This document shows positions 30,267-40,646 of a DNA stretch of 64,000 bases, in pieces. Positions within the stretch are counted from its first letter, which is position 1, and every line of letters starts with the position of its first letter. The translations under genes were made by a program, and so were the position numbers. A model generated the notes under the pieces. The model was not told the origin of the DNA. It did no database searches and was given only the letters and a program-made list of their open reading frames with translations. Source of the DNA: an uncultured Thermoanaerobaculia bacterium (GTDB lineage Bacteria > Acidobacteriota > UBA4820 > DSQY01); NCBI GenBank assembly GCA_964507185.1, contig CAZDOY010000013.1:6079-70078 (forward strand), written 5' to 3'.

Positions 30267-30462
30267 GAGTCCCCGTGGGCGGTTGTCGGGAAGAGCCTGC
30301 CAAAAGGGCAGCGTTGTGAAGTGCGCCTTCGTTACATTGCAGTATTCCACTTTTGTGCTGTGAAAGGAGAGAAATGCCACAACTATTTACTGCGTCACGT
30401 TATCCTTTGCATACTATCCTACTATCAATAATAACTATTTTATGATTTCGTGAACGTAACCC

Positions 30463-31257
30463 ATGCCCTATTTTGATTCCGATCGAGTGCGCATTTATTA
30501 CGAAATAGCAGGACAGGGCCGGCCGCTCCTTTGTATCCCCGGATGGACACTGAACCATCGCCTGTGGGACCCCGTGCGTCCACTTCTCGAGCCCCGCTTT
30601 ACCCTCGTGCGCCCGGATGTCCGGGGAACGGGCAAGTCGTCGGGCGGAAGAGACATTGAGTACTCCCGCGTGGCGGAGGCCGAGGACCTTGAGCGCCTCC
30701 TGGACCACCTGGGGTTTGCCTCGGCCCACCTGCTCGGACACTCGAAGGGCGCCAGAACGGCCATGGTCTTCGCCATGCTGAACCCGGAGAGAACGCGTAG
30801 CGTGACGTGCATCGGATCGGCGGAGCCCCACCCCGGAGGCGGCCAGCCCACATTCAGGAGCATCGCCAGGGCCTGGGCAGGAAGGGCCAGAGAAAAGGCC
30901 GTCCAAGACGGCCCCGAGGCGGCCCTCGAAATGCTGGGAAGCGCAAAACTTCTCGGAAAGATGAGGGCGTCCGCTTCGCGGGTCCGTCTCCTGCGCCTTG
31001 CCATGGAAGGGTACGCCGCCGACGACCTCCTGTCGGAGGTCCCGGCCCGGAGCATCGACACGGCAAAGGGAGCCCGAAACATCCGTGGGCCAGTCATGTT
31101 CCTGGTCGGCGAAGAGGACCCCTTTTTAACCGAATGCAGATACGCCCACGACCGCATTCCGGGCTCAAGGCTCATGGTACTGTCTGCCTGCGGGCACATG
31201 GTTCCGCTTGAAGCCCCCGAGAAAGTCGCAGACGCATTGCTTGACTTCCTTGCCTGA
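30463..31257 (+). CDS. Alpha/beta hydrolase fold protein
   Basis: GHSKG nucleophile elbow. A His near the C-terminus (ACGHMVPLE). Confidence 0.75.
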   Translation: MPYFDSDRVRIYYEIAGQGRPLLCIPGWTLNHRLWDPVRPLLEPRFTLVRPDVRGTGKSSGGRDIEYSRVAEAEDLERLLDHLGFASAHLLGHSKGARTAMVFAMLNPERTRSVTCIGSAEPHPGGGQPTFRSIARAWAGRAREKAVQDGPEAALEMLGSAKLLGKMRASASRVRLLRLAMEGYAADDLLSEVPARSIDTAKGARNIRGPVMFLVGEEDPFLTECRYAHDRIPGSRLMVLSACGHMVPLEAPEKVADALLDFLA

Positions 31258-31274
31258 CGGATCTTGTACCCGCG

Positions 31275-32063
31275 CTAGAGCTTTCCTTCCCGCAAGAAGT
31301 TCTCAAGAGCCTTGTTGAATGCCTCTGGCTGTTCCATGCACGCGAGGTGCCCCGCGCGCGCTATCTCCGCATAGCGGGCACCCGGTATGGACGACGTCAT
31401 GCTCCTGGCTTCGCTCGGAGGCGTTATGGCGTCCTTCCCCCCCACAACCACGAGCGTCGGACAGCAGATCCGGTTCAGTTCTTCGAGTCTGGAAGGTCGG
31501 TCCCGCATGGCCACGAGTGCCTTCGCCATGCCCTCGCGCCGCTGGTCTACCATCATGTTCCACACCTTGCGCGGCAGTTCTCCTTCACCGGCGTGAAGCG
31601 TTTCTTCTGTAAGCAGTTTGAAGAGCATCTCATCGGCCAGGAAACACATCCCTTCGCTGAGCGCACGCTGGGCGCTGGTCGTCCTGTGGACCTTGGCCGA
31701 GTCGGGGTCTGCGCTCGCCCGCGTGTCCGCCAGAACGAGGCCCGCCATCTTCCATGGGAAGAGCGAAGCGAACGCGAGCGCCACGTATCCCCCCATGGAG
31801 AACCCGCACAGAATGGCGCGGGTCACGTTGTGCATCTCCAGAAAGAGGGCCAGGTCACGGGCGTGGTCTTCGATCGTGTTCTGTTTTTCCGGGAGCGGTG
31901 ACCGCCCGAAGCCGCGCAGGTCCGGCACCAGGACCCGCCGTTCTTCGGAGAACGGTGCCTGCTGGCATTCCCACATACGTCCATCCAGCGGGAAACCGTG
32001 GATGAACACCAGGGGAATGCCTCCGCCTGCTCCGAACGTAGCGCCGGCAAGATCCTGCCCCAT
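31275..32063 (-). CDS. Alpha/beta hydrolase fold protein
   Basis: HGFPLDGRMW... GFSMGG nucleophile elbow ... AGHLACMEQP. Confidence 0.75.
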   Translation of the reverse strand: MGQDLAGATFGAGGGIPLVFIHGFPLDGRMWECQQAPFSEERRVLVPDLRGFGRSPLPEKQNTIEDHARDLALFLEMHNVTRAILCGFSMGGYVALAFASLFPWKMAGLVLADTRASADPDSAKVHRTTSAQRALSEGMCFLADEMLFKLLTEETLHAGEGELPRKVWNMMVDQRREGMAKALVAMRDRPSRLEELNRICCPTLVVVGGKDAITPPSEARSMTSSIPGARYAEIARAGHLACMEQPEAFNKALENFLREGKL

Positions 32064-32281
32064 GCACCCATCTCCTCAGTTCTTGGATTTCCCAGTTTGC
32101 GGAACGAACCGGCGCCCCGGCCTGCGTCGGGCACCCGCGTCGATTGCCGCTCCGATCCTCACTCGCACAAAATATATGCGCGAGCCTTCTCCGGTCAACA
32201 ACGTCTCGCGGCAAACCCAGCCCACAGGTTCATTTGACCAATTTCACGCGGCCTATTTCAGAATCCGCATATGTCAGCCGA

Positions 32282-33802
32282 TTACAGGGAGGTCTTCCGG
32301 CCCTTCCGTCGCATCAGGGCGACAAAGAAACCATCCCATGGATGGCGATGGGGAAGAGCATACGCCTGTCCCGTGGACGGCGATTCAAGGAGGGGTTTCA
32401 GGTATGACGGCGCGTGGAGGGGGGCTGCGCGGAAATCGGGATGTTCGCTCAGGAACCTGTCGATCACGCGCGTCGTCTCCTCCTCCTCGATGGAACAGAC
32501 CGAGTAGGCGAGAGTCCCACCTGGTGCGACGGTCCTGGCCGCATGGTCGAGAAAAAGCCCCTGCTTGCGGGCCGATTCAACGAGGTCTTCTTCGCCGGTC
32601 TGCCACCGAATCTCCGGATTTCTCCTGAGCGTGCCGAGAGAAGAACAGGGGGCATCAAGAAGAACCACGGGCCAGTCATCGCGCAGGGGCAGCCCCGCTT
32701 CGACGTCGACCCGCGCGAGCCTGATCGTGCTCATGCCCGTTCTAAGGATATTCTCTGAAACCTGCCTGAGCCTTCTGGCGTTCCTGTCCGTGCCGAGAAC
32801 CCATCCGCCAACGCCCAGTCTGCCGGCGATGAGCAAGCTTTTCCCTCCGGGGGCGCTGCAGAGATCGAGCACCCGGTCCCCCCCCTTCAGCGGCAGAAGC
32901 AGCGCCGGAATCTGGGAAGCGGGGTCCATGATGTAGAACCAGCCCCGTTTGAAGGCCTCGGATTCGGAAAGGTTCCCGCCCTTAACGCTGAAGGTCAGGG
33001 GCATGGCTCCGTCCGCCACGAGCGCGAAGCCCTCTCTTTCCATGATGGGAACGGCCTGGGCCGCGGAAGAGGCCGACGTGAACACCAGCGATGTCGGCGC
33101 GGCGGATTGAAGGGCGCTCATGACTGCGTCGGCGTCGTCTCCGAATCGTCTCATGTATCGCGCGACGAGCCATCGCGGCATGCCGTAGCGCATGGCGGCT
33201 CCCTCGGAGCCGGAGAAAAGGTAGGGCGCCTCGAAGATCTGCTCCCTTTTCTCGGCCAGTGTCCGCAGAATTCCGTTCACGAATCCGCCCGCACCGGCAT
33301 TCAGTTCTTTGGCGGCTTCCACACATTCATCCACCGCGGCATAGACCGGTATCCTGTCGAGATACAGAATCTGGTAGACGCCCACCCTTAGGATGTGAAG
33401 GAGTTCGGACTGGGTCTGTTCGACGCCCCTCAGCGTGCATTCGTCCACCGCCCAATCGATCAGCGGCAGGTGCCTTACGACGCCGGCGACCAGTTCCCGG
33501 AGCAGGGCCCTGTCATCCTCTCTGGGCAGACGCTTCTGTTCGCGCTGGACGACACCCTTGAGGGACTGTCTTTGATCCAGAATTTCCCCCACCAGCCGTG
33601 CCGCAAGCGCCCGCAGGTTGATTCGCCTTTCCTTGTCCTCAGCGCCCGAGCGAAAATGCTTTCCCGGGGATACCCGCTCGGGGCCCCCGGCACGTCCTTT
33701 CGCCCTGTCGGGCCTCCGTCCGCGCACTGTCCCGGCACCCGTTCTTTTGCCCGCGTCTTTGCGCGCGTAAGGGATGCGGTCTTTATCACGTACCATGCTC
33801 AC
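32282..33802 (-). CDS. rsmB: 16S rRNA (cytosine967-C5)-methyltransferase RsmB/Sun
   Basis: NusB-like N-domain, the SAM motif LDLCSAPGGKS and the catalytic Cys in DAPCSSLG. The N-terminal extension may be over-called. Confidence 0.85.
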   Translation of the reverse strand: MSMVRDKDRIPYARKDAGKRTGAGTVRGRRPDRAKGRAGGPERVSPGKHFRSGAEDKERRINLRALAARLVGEILDQRQSLKGVVQREQKRLPREDDRALLRELVAGVVRHLPLIDWAVDECTLRGVEQTQSELLHILRVGVYQILYLDRIPVYAAVDECVEAAKELNAGAGGFVNGILRTLAEKREQIFEAPYLFSGSEGAAMRYGMPRWLVARYMRRFGDDADAVMSALQSAAPTSLVFTSASSAAQAVPIMEREGFALVADGAMPLTFSVKGGNLSESEAFKRGWFYIMDPASQIPALLLPLKGGDRVLDLCSAPGGKSLLIAGRLGVGGWVLGTDRNARRLRQVSENILRTGMSTIRLARVDVEAGLPLRDDWPVVLLDAPCSSLGTLRRNPEIRWQTGEEDLVESARKQGLFLDHAARTVAPGGTLAYSVCSIEEEETTRVIDRFLSEHPDFRAAPLHAPSYLKPLLESPSTGQAYALPHRHPWDGFFVALMRRKGRKTSL

Positions 33803-33842
33803 AACTCCCTTTCACGTGGAAAAGCCCGCTTGGAGCCAACCG

Positions 33843-34799
33843 TCAGACCGTGGGCAGGACGGTCCCCTCCGGAAGGGTAAACCCCCGAAGGAAGGCCACC
33901 GCGGACATGGGCCGCCGCCCCTCCCTCTGCAATTGCAATATTTCAAGCAGGCGCCCGTCCCCGCACCTCACGCCCAGCGATTCTGGTCCGACAACGACCG
34001 TACCGGGGCGTCCACCGGAGCGCGCCGTCTCCCCCAACCTCACCTCGATGACCTTTATCTTCCAACCGTCCAGGAGAAAAAAGGTCCCAGGCCAGGGACG
34101 AAATGCCCGGACCTGCCTTTCGAGACTCGCGGCCGGCCGGCCAAAATCCAGCCGCCCATCGCCGGCGTTCAGCCTGGGTGCGTGCGTGGCCAGGGCATCA
34201 TCCTGCGGAGCGTCCTCGAGAATGTCGGCCTGAAGCCCTCTGAGCGCGGCGACGATGAGATCGCCCCCCAGGCCGGCAAGCATGGGCGTCAGGCTTTCCG
34301 TCGTCGCGCCCGCCGGCATGGGGACGGCGCGCTGCAGCAGCATCGGGCCCGTGTCCAGACCTTCTTCCATTCTCATTATGGTCACGCCGGTCTCGGCATC
34401 GCCCGACCAGATGGCATGGGCGATGGGAGAAGCACCCCTGTGCCTGGGAAGAAGGGAGGCGTGCACGTTGATACAGCCCATTGGAGGAATGCTCAGCACG
34501 TCTACTGGGAGGATCTTGCCGTACGCCGCCACGGCGATCACGTCGGGCCTCAGGTCGCGCAAGGTTCCGACGACAGCCGCATCCTTGAGCGTCCGCGGCT
34601 GGTGAACCGGGATGCCGGCGGATCGAGCCAGCACCTTGACGGCGGGTTCCGTGAGGATCCTCTTGCGCCCCACGGGCTTGTCGGGTTGCGTGAACGCGGC
34701 CACAACGTTCGCTTTCGCTTCCAGGAGCGCCCCGAGACTCGCCGCGGCGAATTCGGGCGTCCCCATGAAGACTATCCTTCCGGGTAGGGGTTGTCCCAT
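33843..34799 (-). CDS. fmt: Methionyl-tRNA formyltransferase
   Basis: RIVFMGTPEFAA and the HASLLPRHRGASPI motif. Confidence 0.9.
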   Translation of the reverse strand: MGQPLPGRIVFMGTPEFAAASLGALLEAKANVVAAFTQPDKPVGRKRILTEPAVKVLARSAGIPVHQPRTLKDAAVVGTLRDLRPDVIAVAAYGKILPVDVLSIPPMGCINVHASLLPRHRGASPIAHAIWSGDAETGVTIMRMEEGLDTGPMLLQRAVPMPAGATTESLTPMLAGLGGDLIVAALRGLQADILEDAPQDDALATHAPRLNAGDGRLDFGRPAASLERQVRAFRPWPGTFFLLDGWKIKVIEVRLGETARSGGRPGTVVVGPESLGVRCGDGRLLEILQLQREGRRPMSAVAFLRGFTLPEGTVLPTV

Positions 34800-35308
34800 T
34801 CCCCCTCCCGGATCATCTTCTTGATCTTGCGTTTCACGATCTCCCGCTTGACCGTCGAGAGGTGGTCTATGAACAGAACCCCGTCCAGGTGGTCGATCTC
34901 GTGGCAGATGGCGTGAGAGAGGTACGCCTCGCCTTCGAGTTCGAAGGGCTTGCCTTCCCTGTCCAGTGCCCGGACTTTGACCTTGCCGGGCCGCCGGACC
35001 TTGTCGAAAACCTGGGGGAGAGACAGGCAGCCTTCTTCGCGAACGGACTCCCCTTCCGATTCCAGGATCTCAGGGTTTATGAAGAAGACCGGCTTCTCCT
35101 CCCCCCCTTCTTCCACGGCGAGGTCCACCACCATGACCCTGAGCGGAACCCCCACCTGGTTGGCCGCGAGTCCCGCTCCAGCCGCGTGGCGCATGGTTTC
35201 GAGCATGTCGTCCATCAGCTGATTGATCTCCGGGGTAATTTCCTCGACGGCCGCGGCCTTCTCCCGCAAAACAGGCGATCCGTAGAGTTCAACCTTCCTT
35301 ATAGCCAT
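34772..35308 (-). CDS. def: Peptide deformylase
   Basis: GLAANQVG, EGCLS and HEIDHLDG motifs. Confidence 0.9.
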   Translation of the reverse strand: MAIRKVELYGSPVLREKAAAVEEITPEINQLMDDMLETMRHAAGAGLAANQVGVPLRVMVVDLAVEEGGEEKPVFFINPEILESEGESVREEGCLSLPQVFDKVRRPGKVKVRALDREGKPFELEGEAYLSHAICHEIDHLDGVLFIDHLSTVKREIVKRKIKKMIREGEWDNPYPEG

Positions 35309-36185
35309 CCTGCCTCTTTCCGTTTTCCTTCAACAACGCCAGCGTTCCTTCGAGCCTCTCGCTAAGTATGTTCTCGAGGCGGGCGGCCCACCCTTCGCCC
35401 AGCGACGCCGCCGCCTCCGTTTTGTCCAGGGCCAGTTCCAGTACCGACGATGGTTCGAGGGCCTTCACCGTGGCCGTACGAGAGACTCCTCTCAGCAGGG
35501 CAACCTCACCGATGACCTCTCCCGGGGCGAGCCTGGCCAGAATCCGCTCCTCGCGCCCGAGAAAACTCCTGACTTCAAGAAGCCCCGTTTCCACTATAAA
35601 CAGCGAAGTACCCGCATCACCTTCCCTGAGAAGTACCTCGCCCGTCTCAAGCCGGCGGGCCCGGACCTGGGAAAGTAATGCATGGAGACCGCCTTCGTCA
35701 AGCGCGGGAAATACGGAATGAAGAAACGCCCCCGTCTCACTGGCATTACGAATCCTCATTCCATCTTCTGATTCTCCCGCCCCTGGCCAGGCCGGCGCGA
35801 CGACACCCGCCGCGGTATCTGCGTCCAGATCGAACGAGAACGCCTCAGCCGGTCTTTCCGCGCTACCCCCGACGTTCTCTACGTCCTCCAGGCGGTCCCG
35901 CATGGCTTGGTCGTCCGGGCGTACGCCGAGGGCTTTTCTCAAGAACGCCACACCTGCGGTGCGGTCTCCTCCCGCGAACCGTGAATCGGCCTCGTCGACG
36001 TAAATCGCTGACGCCCTGTCCGCCTCGCCCATGCCCTCGTACGCTTCCGCGAGGCGCAGCTTTGCGTTGAGGTCACTTGGATTGCGCCTGATTTTCATCT
36101 CGTACGCCTTCGCCGCCTGTCTGAATTCCCCGCGTCGGAGCAGATCCGAGGCATCCGGAGGCCCGCTTTTCGAAAACAACGACAT
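35289..36185 (-). CDS. TPR-repeat protein with a C-terminal cyclic-nucleotide-binding-like domain
   Basis: N-terminal TPR-like helices. The C-terminal half carries GEVLLREGDAGTSLFIVETGLLEV...GEVIGEVALL, a cNMP-binding fold pattern. Confidence 0.6.
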   Translation of the reverse strand: MSLFSKSGPPDASDLLRRGEFRQAAKAYEMKIRRNPSDLNAKLRLAEAYEGMGEADRASAIYVDEADSRFAGGDRTAGVAFLRKALGVRPDDQAMRDRLEDVENVGGSAERPAEAFSFDLDADTAAGVVAPAWPGAGESEDGMRIRNASETGAFLHSVFPALDEGGLHALLSQVRARRLETGEVLLREGDAGTSLFIVETGLLEVRSFLGREERILARLAPGEVIGEVALLRGVSRTATVKALEPSSVLELALDKTEAAASLGEGWAARLENILSERLEGTLALLKENGKRQDGYKEG

Positions 36186-36588
36186 CCCGTCTCTCCCTCT
36201 GCTGATAATAGCCTAGCGAGCGCGGCACGACAAGGCTGAACCGAGGCTGCATGGGACTCCCGGACAGGCCGCGGTGCCCACCGCGTCCGGGAAGGCATCT
36301 TGCACGCCTCTTCTACTGGACAAACATCCTGTCAGCGGTAATAATCCTGTCGTAGGCGGAAGATCCGGCCCGCAATTGAGGACATGGGGACGTCGTTCGC
36401 GAGGGAACCATGCTCCAGGCGCCCTGAACAGGCTCCAGAGTCAATTCGGCATGCGGTCGGTCAAATGATATGCCTTTTTTGCTTCTGGCGATTCTAGAGG
36501 ATTCCGGGTGTGTGGGTGAATGGCGGACTTCGATGTGTCCCAGGTTCATTGGCTTCGTAGTGCCGCTGAAAAAGAAGAGGATTCGATC

Positions 36589-37479
36589 ATGCCTGAATTC
36601 TATCCGAACAACTTCGGCGGACTGCCTGCGGAGTTGTCTTCGCTCGATACATCCCGATTCGTCGTCCTGTCCCTGCCTTACGAGGTGACGACCTCCTACG
36701 CGAAGGGCACGAAGTTCGGGCCTCGGGCCATCATTGAGGCGTCCCGCAACATGGAGCTCTACGACGAGGAGGTGGGGTTCGAGCCATCGGACGCCGGTAT
36801 CCACACGACCGATGACCTCCTTTTCCACAACACCGCGCCCGAAGCCATGGTCGAGACCGTAAAAGAAGCCGTCCTCCACTATCTGCGACTCGGCAAGTTC
36901 GTCATGAGCCTGGGAGGAGAGCACGGCCTCTCGTACCCCGCATTTCTCGCACACGAGGAAGTCCATGGCCACATCGGGATAGTGCAGATAGACGCTCACG
37001 GGGACTTGCGCGACTCCTACGAAGGATCGCCCTTCAATCACGCATGCGTCATGCGGCGAATCGTCGCCCACAGCGCGGGAACGGCCCAGATAGGCATTCG
37101 GAGCATCTCGGCCGAGGAGGCCGTCTTCCTCAAGGAAGAGGGCACCTGGCCGGTCTTATGGGCAAGGGAGTGCCAGAAAGACGACAAGTGGATGAGCCGT
37201 GCACTGGACGCACTGCCGGACAAGATCTATCTCACCATAGACGTGGACGGGTTCGACCCGTCGCTGATCCCGTGCACCGGGACTCCGGAACCGGGCGGTC
37301 TGGCGTGGTATCCCGTCCTCGAGTTTCTGAGGCGCCTCTGCGCCGCAAAAACCGTAGTTGGTGCCGACGTCATGGAGCTCGCCCCCGATCGAACGCACTT
37401 CTCAGCGGATTTCATGGCCGCAAAACTCGTTTACAAGATCTTCGCCTACGTGCAGGCATCAGCGAGACATGGCCGCTGA
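36589..37479 (+). CDS. speB: Agmatinase (arginase/ureohydrolase family)
   Basis: GGEHGLS, DAHGD and LTIDVDGFDP manganese-ligand motifs. The ATG at 36589 has AAGAAGAGG upstream. The antisense ORF 36313..37071 is spurious. Confidence 0.85.
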   Translation: MPEFYPNNFGGLPAELSSLDTSRFVVLSLPYEVTTSYAKGTKFGPRAIIEASRNMELYDEEVGFEPSDAGIHTTDDLLFHNTAPEAMVETVKEAVLHYLRLGKFVMSLGGEHGLSYPAFLAHEEVHGHIGIVQIDAHGDLRDSYEGSPFNHACVMRRIVAHSAGTAQIGIRSISAEEAVFLKEEGTWPVLWARECQKDDKWMSRALDALPDKIYLTIDVDGFDPSLIPCTGTPEPGGLAWYPVLEFLRRLCAAKTVVGADVMELAPDRTHFSADFMAAKLVYKIFAYVQASARHGR

Positions 37480-38203
37480 AGATATAGCGCCTCGCTACTC
37501 CTTGATCGTTCCGGTCTACAACGAGGCAGACAGCCTCAAGTCTCTTCTTGCGGAGATCCGCAACACCATGGACTCCCTTGGGGACCCCTACGAGGTCCTC
37601 TTCGTCGACGACGGCAGCACGGATTGTTCACTCCCCGTGATGAAGTCCCTGCTGCGGGACTATCCGGTTGTCCGCATCCTGGTCTTCGAAAAACACGCCG
37701 GGCAGAGCGCGGCGCTTGCCGCCGGCTTCGAAGCCGCCCGGGGGCGCGTCTTTCTGACCCTGGACGCGGATCTGCAGAACGATCCAAGGGACATACCCCG
37801 CCTCCTCTCCGCGCTGAAAGGGTACGACGTGGCTGTAGGGTGGCGCCATGAGCGGCGGGACAACCTGGTCAAGCGGATCACCTCCAAGGTAGGGAACGCG
37901 GTCAGAAACCGTCTCACCCACGAGCAGATAGCCGACACCGGATGCTCATTGAAAGCCTTCCGCAGGGAAACCTGCAGGTCCATCCCGTTTTTCGACGGGA
38001 TGCACAGGTTCATGCCCACCCTCTGCCGGATGCGCGGCTTCACCGTCACCCAGGTCAAGGTCAACCACAGGCCAAGGGTCCACGGAAAGTCCAAGTACGG
38101 TGTCGTAGACAGGTTACTGGTAACGATTCCGGACCTCATGGCCGTTCGCTGGATGCAGAAGCGGGCGCTGCATTATAGGGCCCACGAGGAAAGCGGGCAA
38201 TAA
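37469..38203 (+). CDS. Family 2 glycosyltransferase (polyprenyl-phosphate sugar transferase, DPM1/ArnC-like)
   Basis: YSLIVPVYNE...VLFVDDGSTD...LDADLQ. The start overlaps the speB stop by 11 nt. Confidence 0.8.
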   Translation: MAAEDIAPRYSLIVPVYNEADSLKSLLAEIRNTMDSLGDPYEVLFVDDGSTDCSLPVMKSLLRDYPVVRILVFEKHAGQSAALAAGFEAARGRVFLTLDADLQNDPRDIPRLLSALKGYDVAVGWRHERRDNLVKRITSKVGNAVRNRLTHEQIADTGCSLKAFRRETCRSIPFFDGMHRFMPTLCRMRGFTVTQVKVNHRPRVHGKSKYGVVDRLLVTIPDLMAVRWMQKRALHYRAHEESGQ

Positions 38204-38460
38204 GCCTGTTCACCTGGCCGCCGCTCTTGCTGTTGCTCGGATTCGCGGCGATGATGGTTGGCATTCCGTTTACTTCTCGAAGGGCGGGCGCATCTGCTCC
38301 TGGCCAGGAAGGACGCCTGGCAGATTCGGCCTGCCGCGCGCATCACCCGGTTGGGCGAGATCAGCATAGGCGATGACGTCTATCTCCTGCTTGGGCCGGC
38401 CACGGAAGAGCCGCCCGGAGGGCCGGGAACTTTCGCGGAGCCGGAAGGCTGGCAGGTTGG

Positions 38461-38835
38461 TCAGACGTCGGTGGGACTCGGGAGATAGCGCTTCACCGTG
38501 TCCAGCAGGTCGCCCAGTGAAAAAGGTTTGACGAGATAGGCCATGGCTCCCGCGTCGAGGGCGGCCTTTCTGTCCTCCGTGCGTCCCTTGGCGGACAGAA
38601 CAACCACCGGCGGAGACTTCTCCGAACGCCCGCCCAGCATCCGCAGCACCCCGAGCCCCCCGAGCCCCGGCATGCGGAGGTCCAGGAGGACCAGGTCCGG
38701 AGCATCTCCCCCAATGGCCTGCAGTACCTGCCTGCCGTTGGAAACGGTGGTCACGGAGTGGCCCTCGGCGGTAAGAATAAACTCCACCATTTCCAGGATG
38801 TCCGGATTGTCGTCGCACACCAGGATATAGGCCAT
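38461..38835 (-). CDS. Single-domain CheY-like response regulator
   Basis: ILVCDDN...DLVLLDLRMPG...SAKG...KPF. The start is at the internal ATG (MAYILV). Confidence 0.75.
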   Translation of the reverse strand: MAYILVCDDNPDILEMVEFILTAEGHSVTTVSNGRQVLQAIGGDAPDLVLLDLRMPGLGGLGVLRMLGGRSEKSPPVVVLSAKGRTEDRKAALDAGAMAYLVKPFSLGDLLDTVKRYLPSPTDV

Positions 38836-38867
38836 CGGGGCGATTCTACGACTCGACACCCGCAGGG

Positions 38868-39683
38868 TCAAGCGCGCGCACGCGCCGGAGAGCCGTTGTC
38901 CAGAAAGCTCCTGAGGTCCCCCAGCGTCGCTAGGGGGGTGTGCTCGGCAGCCATGTCCAGGAGTCTGAACAGGACCTTTCCCGTCACCCTGGCATCGTCG
39001 AGGGCCCGGTGCCTGGCCTGAAAAGACAGGCCGAACCGATCCGCAAGCGCGTCCAGCCCCTTGCTCTCATCCTTAGGCAGCAGGCGCCTTGCGAGCTTGA
39101 GGGTACACAAGCCCCCCGCGCCGACGCGCGGATCGCCCCCTGCATGTTGCACCTCGTTTCTCAGGATGCGGCGGTCGAAGGGCAGATTGTGCGCGACGAG
39201 GAGCCGTCCATCGAGAATATCCGCGACATCGGGCCATACATCTTCGAAGCAGGGCATCCCCCTGAGTTGCCGGGGTTTGATCCCCGTTAGGCGGACGACG
39301 AAGGGAGAAACGGCGGTTCCCGGGTTCAGAAGCGTTTCGAAGGTCCGTACTTCCTTCCCGCGAGTGAAACAGGCGATCCCCAATTCGATCGCGCGTTCTC
39401 CTGGCGCAAACCCGTTGGTTTCAAAATCGAGGACCGCGAATTCGAGAGAATCCAGGCTGCATTCTCCCGAGAAGGTCTTCGGCGGAATGGCGAAGACCCT
39501 GCCATCCTGAACACGGAAGCGAGGGTCCCTCTCGAGGAGCGCAGCCAGGACCCTAACGCTGAGCCTTCCCCGGGAATGGAATAGCGACTCCGCGAGGGGC
39601 TCGAGACCTCCCGATTCACCGTCTCTCGTCAACTTCGCGTAGAGCCGGTCGAGCATGGCTGTCTGGGAGTATCGAGCGCTCAT
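38868..39683 (-). CDS. DEDDh 3'-5' exonuclease domain protein (DnaQ/epsilon-like)
   Basis: FAVLDFETNG (Exo I), LVAHNLPFDRRIL (Exo II) and HRALDDARVTGKVL (Exo III with the catalytic His). The N-terminal 80 aa is an extra domain. Confidence 0.7.
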   Translation of the reverse strand: MSARYSQTAMLDRLYAKLTRDGESGGLEPLAESLFHSRGRLSVRVLAALLERDPRFRVQDGRVFAIPPKTFSGECSLDSLEFAVLDFETNGFAPGERAIELGIACFTRGKEVRTFETLLNPGTAVSPFVVRLTGIKPRQLRGMPCFEDVWPDVADILDGRLLVAHNLPFDRRILRNEVQHAGGDPRVGAGGLCTLKLARRLLPKDESKGLDALADRFGLSFQARHRALDDARVTGKVLFRLLDMAAEHTPLATLGDLRSFLDNGSPARARA

Positions 39684-40624
39684 TCACGTCCTTCCCACAG
39701 GAGCGACGCGGGCCGAATGTCCATGTTCCTCTTCGTCCATCGGGCCATTCGCCCGAGTTCGCCGCCGGGCGATAGGTCGAGAACCCAGTCGAGGTCGAGT
39801 TCGTCGAGCGTCTTCACCACGGCGACCCAGTCCGTGGGAGAAGCGAGGGAAGTCAGCATTTCGCGCTTCAGGGCTCGGCCACTCCTTACCAGGGCGCCGT
39901 CAACGGGAGAAATCAACTCGTAGGACGGCGTCGCCGCGGGGATCGTCGACCACCACCCATCGACTTCCCGCCTCGCCCGGTCCATGTACGGAGTGTGAAG
40001 GGGAATGTCCAGCGGCGCCTCCTGAACCGAGAGAGCAACCGCTTCCAGGCGTTCCGCGGCATCGGCCACCACGCGTTTCGGTCCCGTGAACACGATCTGC
40101 CTGGAATTATTGACGTTCGATACGAATAACCCGTCCAGCCCCCAGCCCATGAACGCATCTTCGAGCTCATCCTTTGAAAGTCCCGTAGAGACCGCCACGC
40201 CGAAGTTCCCCTCGGGGAAATCGCGGGCGTTGAAGGCGTTCACCCGGCTCAACCAGCCCAGAGCAGTCTGAACCGTGATGGAGTGAGCAAAAACGGCGGC
40301 CGCATAGAAACCCAGCGAGTATCCGCACACGACTGCGGGAGGTCCCAGGTCCTCCTTCGCGACCTCGGCACAGAGACAGCCGTAGAGCACCATGAGCGAC
40401 GGTGCGGTGAATCGCTGAGAAATCTCCTCTTTCGCGGCCGTTGTGACCCAGCGTTCGAACCGGCCTTCCGTCATGACGTTGAAGCCGCCCGCAATCCGCT
40501 TGAAGACGGGATGGCCGGCCAGGGGCAGGGCCATGCCCTCCCGTTCGAAAAGCTGTCCCGGCATCATGATGCCGTAGCGGTGCTCTCCAACCAAATTGAC
40601 TCCCTCCGGGAACCATATTACCAT
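39680..40624 (-). CDS. FabD-like acyltransferase domain protein (divergent malonyl-CoA:ACP transacylase family)
   Basis: CGYSLGFYAAAV replaces GHSLGE, with a His at PLHTPYM and PGGELG near the C-terminus. The start is assumed at the internal MVIWFPEG (about 40624). It has a 4-nt overlap with the exonuclease gene. Confidence 0.55.
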   Translation of the reverse strand: MVIWFPEGVNLVGEHRYGIMMPGQLFEREGMALPLAGHPVFKRIAGGFNVMTEGRFERWVTTAAKEEISQRFTAPSLMVLYGCLCAEVAKEDLGPPAVVCGYSLGFYAAAVFAHSITVQTALGWLSRVNAFNARDFPEGNFGVAVSTGLSKDELEDAFMGWGLDGLFVSNVNNSRQIVFTGPKRVVADAAERLEAVALSVQEAPLDIPLHTPYMDRARREVDGWWSTIPAATPSYELISPVDGALVRSGRALKREMLTSLASPTDWVAVVKTLDELDLDWVLDLSPGGELGRMARWTKRNMDIRPASLLWEGRE

Positions 40625-40646
40625 TTTCCCCTGGAGGCGCGGCACG

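Noticed and set aside
36313-37071. 252-aa minus-strand ORF overlapping the agmatinase gene
   Set aside because: The plus-strand gene has all arginase-family Mn ligands. The minus frame has no motifs.
38204-38460. Possible 40-codon ORF (ATG about 38252) after the GT2 gene, looked at as a candidate small flippase subunit
   Set aside because: It has no hydrophobic segment and no RBS. It is likely non-coding.
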